From the NCBI GenBank assembly GCA_965230975.1, contig OZ246402.1:165771-229770 (forward strand): a stretch of 64,000 nucleotides of DNA, in the 5' to 3' direction. Made by a program: the position numbers and the translations under genes. This document shows, piece after piece, positions 20,251 to 29,485 of the stretch. The stretch comes from an uncultured Candidatus Saccharibacteria bacterium. Lineage in GTDB: Bacteria; Patescibacteriota; Dojkabacteria; J137. Position 1 is the stretch's first letter, and the number at the start of each line of letters is the position of its first letter. The notes beneath the pieces are model-generated. The model ran no database searches, was not told where the DNA came from, and worked only from the letters and a program-made list of their open reading frames with translations.

Positions 20251-20778
20251 CTAACTTGTAGTTTCTATGGCTTCTTTAAGAGAATGTAATCCTCTTTTTT
20301 GCATTGTTTTTACATAATTCATATTTTTATCTAATTTTACGCAAATCTCTTTAAGACTAAGTTTTTCTATAAACCTTAGTCTCATTACAACTCTTTGCTT
20401 TTCTGGTATAAATTGCATATATCTTAAAAGTTTTTCTTCTACAGTCTCACTTTCTTGCTCTGTTTCTTTAACAAACTGTGCACAATATTCTTCAAAATCA
20501 TCGTCTAAATCTGAAAATGGAATGCCTTGCCTATACTTGTCTTTTAAATATCTCATAAAAATATTTTTGGCAATACCGTACAAAAAGTGTGAAGGTTTTT
20601 CAATTTCGTTTTCGTTAGCATTTTTTGCAATATTTGCAAACGCAAGGAATGTTTCTTGGGTTAAATCTTCTGCGATGTCTTTAGATAGTACTTTGTAGTA
20701 GAAAAATTTATATAATTTATTAAAATGTTGGTCGTAAAGTTCTGCTATGTTCAAAGTTTGAGTATTCGATATTTGCAT
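20251..20778 (-). CDS. ECF RNA polymerase sigma factor
   Basis: LYDQHFNKLYKFFY, AEDLTQETF, FLYGIAKN, QRVVMRLRFIEKLSLKEI...RGLHSLK. Confidence 0.92.
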   Translation of the reverse strand: MQISNTQTLNIAELYDQHFNKLYKFFYYKVLSKDIAEDLTQETFLAFANIAKNANENEIEKPSHFLYGIAKNIFMRYLKDKYRQGIPFSDLDDDFEEYCAQFVKETEQESETVEEKLLRYMQFIPEKQRVVMRLRFIEKLSLKEICVKLDKNMNYVKTMQKRGLHSLKEAIETTS

Positions 20779-20807
20779 TAATAAAATGATGTATTAAACA
20801 AGTACTT

Positions 20808-20823
20808 CTTAGTGTACACTAAG
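20808..20823. promoter_or_regulatory. perfect 16-bp palindrome (candidate operator) between divergent ECF and MFS genes
   Basis: CTTAGTGTACACTAAG. Confidence 0.45.
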
Positions 20824-20867
20824 GTAAATCAATTTTAAAACGAGTACATAAATTTTAATATAACAAT

Positions 20868-21479
20868 ATGGCTAAAATTGCTCACATATTCAAATTAAAT
20901 AAAGTTATTTGGCTATTAACTTTCTCAGATATTTTTTCCTGGGGTTTGTTTTTGAGTATAACTTCTTTAGTTGGCATTTATTTATCTAACAAGCTTGGTT
21001 ACGACGCTCTAGAAGTTGTGGGTATTGGCGTTGGTTTAAGTTATTTAATTAGAGGTGTTAGTCAAATTCCAATTGGCTTGGTAACAGATAATATTAAAAA
21101 AGATAGAGATGATTTATTAATTTTAATTACAGGATCTATTTTAATGGGTTTGCCATTTTTATTTTACCCGGTAATACAAAGTGCTTTAGCTTTTTACTTT
21201 CTGCATGGGATCTTTGGTTTTGGTGCAGCAATGAACTTGGTTACATGGAGAAAGCTTTTTGCAAAAAATTTAGATAAGGGTAAAGAGGGTTTTACTTATG
21301 CGGTGTACGATACAATTATGAGTGCGGCTATAGCTTTATTTAGCTTTGTAGGGGGCATTTTAGCAAGCAATAGTCCGGCGATTTTTGACTTAGTTTTAAT
21401 GGGTATTGGAGTTGCTATTATGGCAAGTAGCACTTTGCCAGCATTAATTTTTGATGTAAGTGATAGAAAAAGCGTTTAG
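20868..21479 (+). CDS. half-size MFS transporter-like protein (6 TM)
   Basis: QIPIGLVTDNIKK motif-A-like loop; 203 aa with 6 hydrophobic helices. Confidence 0.7.
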   Translation: MAKIAHIFKLNKVIWLLTFSDIFSWGLFLSITSLVGIYLSNKLGYDALEVVGIGVGLSYLIRGVSQIPIGLVTDNIKKDRDDLLILITGSILMGLPFLFYPVIQSALAFYFLHGIFGFGAAMNLVTWRKLFAKNLDKGKEGFTYAVYDTIMSAAIALFSFVGGILASNSPAIFDLVLMGIGVAIMASSTLPALIFDVSDRKSV

Positions 21480-21496
21480 TTTAGCTAAACTAATTT

Positions 21497-22930
21497 ATGA
21501 CTTTAGATTCAAGAATAAAAAAACTAAATACCTCTAAAGATAAATCCCAAAGCAATGTAACCGTTTACGTTATGTCTCGCGATCAAAGAGTTTTAGATAA
21601 CCATGCTCTGCTTTATGCTAAAAGTTTAGGTAATGTTGTTGTTTTGTTTAATTTGTATTCAAACGTTCCAAACAGAATTTACCAACAGTATGAATTTATG
21701 ATTGAAGGACTTAAAGTGGTTCAAGAAGATCTATCAAAGTTAAATATTCCCTTTGTCTTAGCTACTGGAAATGCTTTAGAAAATTTAAAGGCAATAGAGA
21801 AAAATTTAAATCCCAAGGCTTTTGTTTTTGACTTTTCTCCGTTAAAAGGACCTCAAAACTTAAGAAAGTCCTTTACGAATGACTCAAATACTCCAATATT
21901 TGAAGTAGATACTCATAATATTGTTCCGGTTTGGATATCATCAGACAAAGAAGAATATGGAGCATATACTTTGAGACCAAAGATATATAAACAATTGAAT
22001 ACATGGTTACAAGAACCTGAGAAAGTTAAATATCAAGTAGGTAAATTAAAATTAAATCTTTCAAATAGTTTTGTAATAAATCCAACTAATAACGAGTGGG
22101 AAAAGATAAAATCTTCAATCAAAGCAGAAAAAGTTGAAGGCTACTCTCCTGAATTTACTTCAGGTTCAAAATACGCTTTTCAAACTTTAGAAGATTTCTT
22201 GGTAAATAAGATTCAGGACTATTCGGAAAAGAGAAATGACCCATCTTTAGATTTTCAATCTAATTTGAGCCCGTATTTACATTTTGGGCATATATCAAGT
22301 TTAAGAGTTGTTTTGGAAGTTCAAAAGTTGATGAGAGATAAACTAGGCAAGGATTTAAATCCAGATTTGTTTAAAAATCAGGCTGGACAAGCGCACAAGG
22401 CAACTTTAGAAGATTCTATTTATGCATTTATAGAAGAGGTAGTTGTAAGAAAAGAATTGTCAGATAACTTTTGTTATTACAATAAGAACTACGATAATTT
22501 AAAGGGTGCAAAAGATTGGGCAATAAAATCTTTAAAAAAGCATGAATCTGATATTAGGGAATCTATATACTCCTTTGAAGAACTTGAAGGCGCTCAAACC
22601 AAAGATGTAGCTTGGAATAGTGCACAAATGCAACTTATTACAAAAGGTAAAATCCATGGGTACATGCGAATGTACTGGGCCAAAAAACTTTTGGAGTGGA
22701 CTAAATCACCAGATCAGGCACTTGGGTTTGCTATTAAGCTTAACGATAAATATAGTTTAGATGGTTACGACCCAAATGGTTATACCGGAATTATGTGGAG
22801 CATTTGTGGAATTCACGACCGACCATGGTTTGAGCGCCACGTATTTGGTCAAATTAGGTACATGAGTTTCGATGGATTAAAAAAGAAGTTTGATTTGGAA
22901 CGCTATAAGAATAAATATACAAAATTCTAA
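21497..22930 (+). CDS. phrB: class II CPD photolyase
   Basis: YVMSRDQRVLDNHAL, SNLSPYLHFGHIS, GKIHGYMRMYWAKK, DGYDPNGYTGIMWSICGIHDRPW. Confidence 0.95.
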   Translation: MTLDSRIKKLNTSKDKSQSNVTVYVMSRDQRVLDNHALLYAKSLGNVVVLFNLYSNVPNRIYQQYEFMIEGLKVVQEDLSKLNIPFVLATGNALENLKAIEKNLNPKAFVFDFSPLKGPQNLRKSFTNDSNTPIFEVDTHNIVPVWISSDKEEYGAYTLRPKIYKQLNTWLQEPEKVKYQVGKLKLNLSNSFVINPTNNEWEKIKSSIKAEKVEGYSPEFTSGSKYAFQTLEDFLVNKIQDYSEKRNDPSLDFQSNLSPYLHFGHISSLRVVLEVQKLMRDKLGKDLNPDLFKNQAGQAHKATLEDSIYAFIEEVVVRKELSDNFCYYNKNYDNLKGAKDWAIKSLKKHESDIRESIYSFEELEGAQTKDVAWNSAQMQLITKGKIHGYMRMYWAKKLLEWTKSPDQALGFAIKLNDKYSLDGYDPNGYTGIMWSICGIHDRPWFERHVFGQIRYMSFDGLKKKFDLERYKNKYTKF

Positions 22931-22934
22931 AATC

Positions 22935-22964
22935 AAAAAGAAGACCCCCGATTTCTCGGGGGTT
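22935..22964 (-). terminator. intrinsic terminator between convergent genes
   Basis: ACCCCCGA-tttc-TCGGGGGT hairpin with a U-rich tail on the minus strand. Confidence 0.75.
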
Positions 22965-22986
22965 AGAAAGTGGTAAATTGAAGATA

Positions 22987-23253
22987 TTATCTCCGAAGAA
23001 GCTTAACTATCCAAATGAACACTGCTGCTCCTAGGATAGATACCAAGAGGCTTGCTAAGTTGAAGTTATTAAAAGCGGTGCTAAATTCTAGTCGTCCACT
23101 ATTTAAAAATACAATAATAGCTCCTCCAACAATTGAACCAACCATACCGATGATTACATTGGTTAAACAACCCATTTGAGCATCCGTTTTCATTATCAAA
23201 CTTGCAACCCAACCTGCAATCCCTCCCACGATAATCCAAGCTATTAACTCCAT
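22987..23253 (-). CDS. GlsB/YeaQ/YmgE (transglycosylase-associated) stress-response membrane protein
   Basis: WIIVGGIAGWVASLIM...NVIIGMVGSIVGG...SILGA. Confidence 0.9.
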   Translation of the reverse strand: MELIAWIIVGGIAGWVASLIMKTDAQMGCLTNVIIGMVGSIVGGAIIVFLNSGRLEFSTAFNNFNLASLLVSILGAAVFIWIVKLLRR

Positions 23254-23431
23254 AATTAAAATATAATAAGTAATTATTTATATAATAGTTTGGATATTTA
23301 ATTTGCTATTAAAGAAATTGTAAAAAATTTCTAATTTTGAGTAAGTGGTGTGTACAAAAAGTGCTTATAACTAAGCTAAGTGTTCGTTTTAAGCATTGTT
23401 AAGCTTTCGAATTTATCTGTTTAACTTGTTT

Positions 23432-23689
23432 TTAGCCTTCGTGGTTTTGGTACAGCGCTATTATTTCACCAATTGATTTGCATGGAGTCAGGTCTTCATA
23501 GCTATCTGGTTGTACTAAAGCTTGGGGGCCACCTTCATCTTCAAAAGATGAAGCTTCTGCATATTTTCTTATAACTGCCATAACCCATTCACGTTGATTA
23601 GGAGAAAGTTTAGATAAATCTAAGCTTTCAACAATTTTAGACAAAGGTAATCCTTCACCTATTGGTGAGTTTTCATCGATTAAGCCCAT
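23432..23689 (-). CDS. hypothetical protein
   Basis: 85-aa ORF 20 nt downstream of valS on the same strand. Confidence 0.55.
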   Translation of the reverse strand: MGLIDENSPIGEGLPLSKIVESLDLSKLSPNQREWVMAVIRKYAEASSFEDEGGPQALVQPDSYEDLTPCKSIGEIIALYQNHEG

Positions 23690-23709
23690 GGGGTGAAATT
23701 AATAAGTAA

Positions 23710-26700
23710 TCACCACCTACTATACATCAAAACTTTATGATCTTCAGCTGTTTTTGGTACCTCGTTCCAAATATATTGTGTAATAAATGGAATGAACGGG
23801 TGCAACATTTTCAAGTACTCTTTCAAAACATAAACCATTGTTAAAACTACCTCTTGTCGTATTTTTGCATCTGGTTCCGAAATTATTGCACCACTTTCTC
23901 TATCTTTAACTGTGTTTATAAATGGTTTTGATTCTTCTATTAGTACATCACAAAATGTTTTCCAAAATTCTTCGTACAATGTTTCTGTTGCGTAACCAAA
24001 TTCATAAGCGTCAACGTTTTTTGTAACTTTTGATTTCACCTGCTTAATGTGCTCAACTAATTTGATCGAAAATTCGTTTGATACTTTTTCTGCATCAAAG
24101 TTTGCTGGCTCTACTCCTTCTGCATTTGTAAGTACAAATCTGCTAGCATTCCAAATCTTATTCATGAATTGCTTAAAGTTTTTTAGCTTGTCGTATGTGA
24201 TTGCATAATTTCCGCCTGCTTTGTTTTGGTAAAAGTAAACCATTCTTACTGCGTCAGTTCCATATTCACTAACGATTTTGTCCATATCAATCATGTTGCC
24301 TTTAGATTTACTCATCTTTTGTCCATCTGTTCCTAAAACTAACCCTGTTAAGAATAAGTTTTCAAATGGAATTTGCTTGTCATGAAAGTAGGTAAACATC
24401 ATCATTCTTGAATCCCAGTTTTCTAAAATATCATGTGCGGATACTAAAACTTTTGTAGGGAAGAATGTGTCTTTTAAGTTGTGAGCTTGTAAAGTTGCAT
24501 AAACCCATTGTCCACTGCTAAACCAAGTGTCTAAAACGTTTTCGTCTTGATGCCATTCGGAAGTATTAAGTTCTAAGTTATAAGTTGTGAGATCTTTTTG
24601 TGGCTCAAATACAAAAGTAATCTTTTCTAGGTTATCGTGAGGTTTATTAACAATATCTTTGTAATCTCTATCTTTTAGTTTGTTTTCAAGTGTTCTTAAT
24701 ACTCCACCATGAGTCACGATTAATACCTTATTACCTTGATATTTTGTTTTAATCTCTTCGAATGCTCTTAAGATTCTCGATTCAAAGTTAGGGATTGTTT
24801 CAATATTGGCTTTTTCGGGGTGGTTATCAACCAAGTCGTAAATATCATTTGCAAATTCCGGGAATTTTTTAATGGCCTCTGCTCTAGTTAATCCTTCAAA
24901 GTCCCCAAAGTTCTTTTCTCTTAAGTTGGAATCTTTAATTATCTTGCTTTTATCAAAACCTATTTTGTCTGCAATTATCTCTGCAGTTTGAATCGCTCTA
25001 TTTAAATCTGAGCAAATAATGTAGTCATAGCATTCTGTGGATTCAAAATTTCTTGCTTGCTCTTTTCCTTTTTCTGTCAAATCAGTATTTGTATGACCAC
25101 CGAATCTCTTTTCAACATTAGCAATTGTCTCACCATGTCTAATAACATCAATAATTGTTGAATCAGGATTATGTAGCTGTACTCTTAAATGATTAGGGTT
25201 GTCGTATTCAAGTGGAATCCAATCTTGATTTTGCCTTTTTTCTCTTTTCATTTGAATCATATACAATTCTCCAGGTCCTTCTTTTCGACCTTCAACTGGG
25301 TATTCTTCAAATCCAAATTTTAAATAGAACTCTTTTAAATTAGCTTTTTCAGGGGTTGCAATGTGTATCTCTAGTTTATCACCAAAATCATCTAAAACTT
25401 TATACATTAATAGTTTACCCACTCCCTGTTTTTGATACTGCTTGCTTACATAAATATTTAGCCAATGTATTCTATCTGTATCCCTGATATTTTCTAAATC
25501 AATCCAACCAATAACTTCCCCATCTTTTTCTGCAATAAATACGATATTGTTTTCATCAATAATCATATCTTGATACTCTTTTATCTTTTCAAGATCATCC
25601 GATTTTCTACCATATTTATTAGCAATAACTTCTGCAGTGACACCTCTCTCTTCGTCAATAAAACTTTGCATCCAACCTTGAACATCAATCTCGTGCATGA
25701 TTGATGCATCTTTGAGTTCAGCTTTACGAATAGTGATGTCGCTGTGTGTATAAAAAGGCTTTGTTAGCCTAATCAGTTCTCTAACCTGTCCATTTTCATC
25801 AATTTCTTCTTTAATTTCTCCGTGGTACCAAACTGGTAATCTGTAACCCCACCAAAGGCTTCTTGAAATTGCCCAATCTCTTAGGTTTTCCATCCAGTGG
25901 TTAAATTTATCTACCATGTTTTCTGGGTGAATAGTAACTTGGCCATTTTTTACCATTTCTATTGCAGCCTGCTTTATGTTGTTTTCTGGAGTGTCGTATT
26001 TTAAATACCATTGAGAAGATAGAATTGGTTCAATTAAAGCTCCTGTTCTTTCAGATTTATTAATACTTTGTTTAATAGATTCCTCTTTAATTAAGTATCC
26101 TTCATTTTTCAAATCTTCGATTATTAAATCTTTAACCTTAGTGTATTTTTGATTCCTATACTTTTCAGGTACATAATCACTTACAAGCATTAGATTGCCA
26201 TCGATAATATTTCTGGCTGTAATTGATTTGTTAGGATTCTCTTTGTTCCATTCAAGCATTGTTTGATAGTCATCTTGAGAGTGTGCAGGAGTAATTTTTA
26301 GTGCTCCAGTTCCAAAGTCTGTTAAAACTTTATAGTTAGTAATAATTGGGATTTTAATATTAGTTAAAGGAATAATAACCTCTTTACCAACAATATCTTT
26401 GTATCTAGGGTCAGATGGATTAACCGCTACTGCTGTATCTCCAAACATCGTTTCCGGTCTTGTTGTTGCAACAGTTACAGATTTAGAACTGTCATCTGCA
26501 AACTTATATTGAAGATAGTAAAGTTTCCCGTCTCTCTCCTCTCTTACCATTTGATTATCTGCAACTGCTGTTCGTGCTTTTGGGTCCCAGTTAACAATTC
26601 TTACACCCTTATAAATCATACCTGCTTTATACATTTCTACAAATGTATTTAAAACAGTATCTACAACTCTTGGGTCTAATGTAAAAATATTTCTGTCATA

Positions 26701-27162
26701 ATCTGCCGAAAGACCAATATGCTTTTCATCATTCATTGCAATCTCCATATTCTTTTTAAAGAACTCCATCATCTCGGCATAAAAATCCTCTCTAGTCATA
26801 TCAAACTTGTTTCTACCCTGCTTTTCTAAAACATCTCTAATAAAAACGCCTTCACCTTCAAGCCCAGCATGATCTTTACCCGGCAAAACTAAAACTTTCT
26901 TACCCTGCATTCTGGCATATCTAGCCATTGCATCTTGATAAGCGTAACCGGAAATGTTTCCAATGTGAGGCCTTGCATAAGCGTTTGGCGGCGGACAAAT
27001 TAATGCCCATGGTTCTCTTGGATCTGCCTTCATCTCTTCAACTGACATTAATTTGTCCGTTGTAGGATTGTATTCAGGCTTGTGATAGCCGTTATTAAGC
27101 CATAAATCTAAAATTATCTTTTCGTATTCTGTTGGGTTGTATGGACCTTGTGGTAGTGACAT
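23710..27162 (-). CDS. valS: valine--tRNA ligase with inserted GNAT and histidine-phosphatase domains
   Basis: PPPN...HIGN, ATTRPETMFGDTAVAV, FGTGALKITPAH, DWAISRSLWWG, DENVLDTWFSS, KMSKSKGN. Inserts: YVSKQYQKQGVGKLLM...FYLKFGF and IRHGET...SDLNRAIQTA...VTHGG. Confidence 0.93.
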   Translation of the reverse strand: MSLPQGPYNPTEYEKIILDLWLNNGYHKPEYNPTTDKLMSVEEMKADPREPWALICPPPNAYARPHIGNISGYAYQDAMARYARMQGKKVLVLPGKDHAGLEGEGVFIRDVLEKQGRNKFDMTREDFYAEMMEFFKKNMEIAMNDEKHIGLSADYDRNIFTLDPRVVDTVLNTFVEMYKAGMIYKGVRIVNWDPKARTAVADNQMVREERDGKLYYLQYKFADDSSKSVTVATTRPETMFGDTAVAVNPSDPRYKDIVGKEVIIPLTNIKIPIITNYKVLTDFGTGALKITPAHSQDDYQTMLEWNKENPNKSITARNIIDGNLMLVSDYVPEKYRNQKYTKVKDLIIEDLKNEGYLIKEESIKQSINKSERTGALIEPILSSQWYLKYDTPENNIKQAAIEMVKNGQVTIHPENMVDKFNHWMENLRDWAISRSLWWGYRLPVWYHGEIKEEIDENGQVRELIRLTKPFYTHSDITIRKAELKDASIMHEIDVQGWMQSFIDEERGVTAEVIANKYGRKSDDLEKIKEYQDMIIDENNIVFIAEKDGEVIGWIDLENIRDTDRIHWLNIYVSKQYQKQGVGKLLMYKVLDDFGDKLEIHIATPEKANLKEFYLKFGFEEYPVEGRKEGPGELYMIQMKREKRQNQDWIPLEYDNPNHLRVQLHNPDSTIIDVIRHGETIANVEKRFGGHTNTDLTEKGKEQARNFESTECYDYIICSDLNRAIQTAEIIADKIGFDKSKIIKDSNLREKNFGDFEGLTRAEAIKKFPEFANDIYDLVDNHPEKANIETIPNFESRILRAFEEIKTKYQGNKVLIVTHGGVLRTLENKLKDRDYKDIVNKPHDNLEKITFVFEPQKDLTTYNLELNTSEWHQDENVLDTWFSSGQWVYATLQAHNLKDTFFPTKVLVSAHDILENWDSRMMMFTYFHDKQIPFENLFLTGLVLGTDGQKMSKSKGNMIDMDKIVSEYGTDAVRMVYFYQNKAGGNYAITYDKLKNFKQFMNKIWNASRFVLTNAEGVEPANFDAEKVSNEFSIKLVEHIKQVKSKVTKNVDAYEFGYATETLYEEFWKTFCDVLIEESKPFINTVKDRESGAIISEPDAKIRQEVVLTMVYVLKEYLKMLHPFIPFITQYIWNEVPKTAEDHKVLMYSRW

Positions 27163-27191
27163 GGTACGTTCAATAACAATTATTTATTACT

Positions 27192-27345
27192 GAGGACGGG
27201 TATTCCGTGGTACCACCTCTATTCTCTTGATTGAAGATCAAGACTTATTTCTTAAGCTGTAACGGGCTTGTCCCGAAAGATTCTACTTTTGGTTACTCAA
27301 TTTCTTTCTTTCACTTTCCAAGTGACGTTTCTTGGATATTGCGTG
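27192..27345 (-). ncRNA. T-box riboswitch (Val) with ultrashort stem I
   Basis: Minus strand: TCCAAG-aaacGTCa-CTTGGA stem I, AGTA/GAA-containing stem II, CGGGACAAGCCCGTTACAGCTT IIA/B pseudoknot, TCTTGAT/ATCAAGA stem III, antiterminator GAGG-TGGTACC-ACGG...CCGT-CCTC; TATAAT at 27359-27354. Confidence 0.85.
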
Positions 27346-27474
27346 TTAGTTGAATTATACAATAAGAAGATAATTAGTGCTATGGGGTTATTGCTTAAGA
27401 TTACGGTTCTCTAAAATAGACAATGGCAAATATTTTATAGTAAACTTTGTAAGTTAGTTTTTAAAGTAAGCAAT

Positions 27475-27990
27475 ATGAATGACATGCCAACCTCCTCTCG
27501 TAAAAATTTTGATGAAGATACTATCAGAAACTTTTTTAGAGTAGAAGGTAATCAAATTGATAATGTAAAAGTAAATATTTTTCTTAGAATGGTTATTGAA
27601 CAAGTTATTCAACAATTAAAAGGCTTTGAGCAAATAGGAGTCGCAAGGAAACAATTTGATATAAGTAGTCTCAGAGCTTTGATAAGAAATACTTTGAGGT
27701 CAGCTATTCAGACATTAACTCAGAATATATACATGGTTGAGAGGGGCGTGCCAGTCAAGCAGGGTGCCTTAGTAGGGTTTTCTCAGGAAGAGTTGCAAAT
27801 TCTGTTAGCTGCTATATCCAATAGAATACCGAGAGAAAATGTTAGTGGTAAGTTCGATTATGTTGCAAAGTCGGAACTGGAGGATCTACTAAATAATGCG
27901 TTTACAGATATAGACTTTGAGAATGCTGAAGATAGAGAACTATTGATGAATGAACTTAAATCAGTATCCGGTAGATTATTGGGGAATTAA
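27475..27990 (+). CDS. hypothetical protein
   Basis: 171-aa ORF, no recognised motif. Confidence 0.6.
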   Translation: MNDMPTSSRKNFDEDTIRNFFRVEGNQIDNVKVNIFLRMVIEQVIQQLKGFEQIGVARKQFDISSLRALIRNTLRSAIQTLTQNIYMVERGVPVKQGALVGFSQEELQILLAAISNRIPRENVSGKFDYVAKSELEDLLNNAFTDIDFENAEDRELLMNELKSVSGRLLGN

Positions 27991-28013
27991 ATCCCCAATT
28001 CAGCATTTTTTTA

Positions 28014-28364
28014 TTAGGTAAGCCTCTTCTTCAACTCCTCGTTCTCTTTAATTAGGGCTTCTATTGCTTTATAGGTAAGTTCGTTAAACTTTTGTTGTTT
28101 CATGCTCTGTTTTTCAATAACGTTAACAACCGTATTAATTATTAATCCTTGAACTTTTGTTTTTACCTTGCCAATAAAACCACCTCTCTCTCTAGATTTG
28201 AATGAATATAGCGAACCCAAAACATCTTTAGAACTTTTTAAACCCGGAAGTAAATATTCTTTAAGCAATGTAGAGTTATCAATATCATTTACAGAATTAT
28301 CAATACCCTCTTCTTTTAAAAGTGAATTAACTTTATCTAACAACTCTTTACTCTTTTCTTCCAT
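28014..28364 (-). CDS. hypothetical coiled-coil protein
   Basis: 116-aa ORF at the end of a minus-strand operon. Confidence 0.65.
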   Translation of the reverse strand: MEEKSKELLDKVNSLLKEEGIDNSVNDIDNSTLLKEYLLPGLKSSKDVLGSLYSFKSRERGGFIGKVKTKVQGLIINTVVNVIEKQSMKQQKFNELTYKAIEALIKENEELKKRLT

Positions 28365-28381
28365 AATAAAAATTTAAACTA

Positions 28382-29485
28382 TTATTTTGTTATTTTAACA
28401 TCTGCATCTAAATCTCCATCCAAGGTAACAATTTCTGCAAATTCAGAATTATTAAACCATTTACTGCCGTTATTCACAGCATTAATTAAGTAAAACTTTG
28501 AGTTACACCTTTTTAAATGTAAATCTTGTTGATCTGTTGTAAATCTCTTAGCTACAAATGTTTGGGTATAATCTAATGTGCTTAAAGTCTCAATGCTAAT
28601 ATCATTATTGTCTCGGGTAAAGAACTTAAAGTTTTCATCTTGAGCGCACATTAAAGTTGGGGATTCTAAAGTTTCAAACACATTCAAAATCTTTTCTTTA
28701 ACTAAATCGTACAAATGCAAATTATTGTTTTCATCTAAAAGTATTAGTTGAGAAATATCTGTCATAACAATTACGTCTTTAACTTCAAAATCAATCTTGG
28801 CCTCACTAATTGGCATAATTAAAGCACCCTTTGCATCTCTTAAAATAAAATCATTACCCTCTTTAAATACAAGAATCTTTTTATCTTCGTTGGTTCTAAC
28901 CAAAGTGCCTCTAATCAAATTCAATTTTAAAATTTGGTTTTCTGTTGAATATTTGTAACTGTGTAGCCATTTTTGATCTGTATCCCCCTGAATAAAGTTA
29001 ACCTGATCATTGTTATACCAAAAGAAATCCTCTACTCCAAAGTCTGAATAATTTGTAACCTGGCTCCATCTTTCAGTTGCAAGGTTGTAAATATAAATAT
29101 TGTATTTGCCTTGTTCACTTAAACCTAAAACTCCAATTAACGTATAATCCGGACTCCATTTAATATCTTTCCATTTTCTATGCTCCAAATTAATGCCTCT
29201 TTTTTCATTAGAGATATCTTTTAAAACAATTGTATCTTCACTTGAAATTGTTGCATAAACATACTTTTCAAGACTTTTTGGAATAATCCGGATTGTGTTA
29301 ACTGTAGCGTCTGGGTAAGAGATTGGGATTGGCTGATTTGTACCGGTTAAATTAACCAAAGTAACTGCCAGCAAAGCTAATGTCGCACAAATTATTAATA
29401 AAACGAAACTTAAAACTACTAAACCTTTATTTTTTTGTTGCATACTACATATTAGATTAAGTTGGACTCTTTTCCAATTGGTCAA
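28382..29485 (-). CDS. membrane-anchored beta-propeller (TolB-like) protein
   Basis: N-terminal TM helix; IKWSPDYTLI and YNIYIYNL repeats; likely start MQQK at about 29443. Confidence 0.6.
   Translation of the reverse strand: MTNWKRVQLNLICSMQQKNKGLVVLSFVLLIICATLALLAVTLVNLTGTNQPIPISYPDATVNTIRIIPKSLEKYVYATISSEDTIVLKDISNEKRGINLEHRKWKDIKWSPDYTLIGVLGLSEQGKYNIYIYNLATERWSQVTNYSDFGVEDFFWYNNDQVNFIQGDTDQKWLHSYKYSTENQILKLNLIRGTLVRTNEDKKILVFKEGNDFILRDAKGALIMPISEAKIDFEVKDVIVMTDISQLILLDENNNLHLYDLVKEKILNVFETLESPTLMCAQDENFKFFTRDNNDISIETLSTLDYTQTFVAKRFTTDQQDLHLKRCNSKFYLINAVNNGSKWFNNSEFAEIVTLDGDLDADVKITK

Noticed and set aside
20836-20866. Second ECF-type promoter upstream of ECF gene 20251..20778 (ACTCGTTT shared with the first)
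   Set aside because: The -35 lacks AAC and the spacing is off; not supportable
24600-25745. Possibility that the ValRS inserts are inteins
   Set aside because: No Cys/Ser start with His-Asn end and no LAGLIDADG motifs; the inserts carry GNAT and histidine-phosphatase motifs
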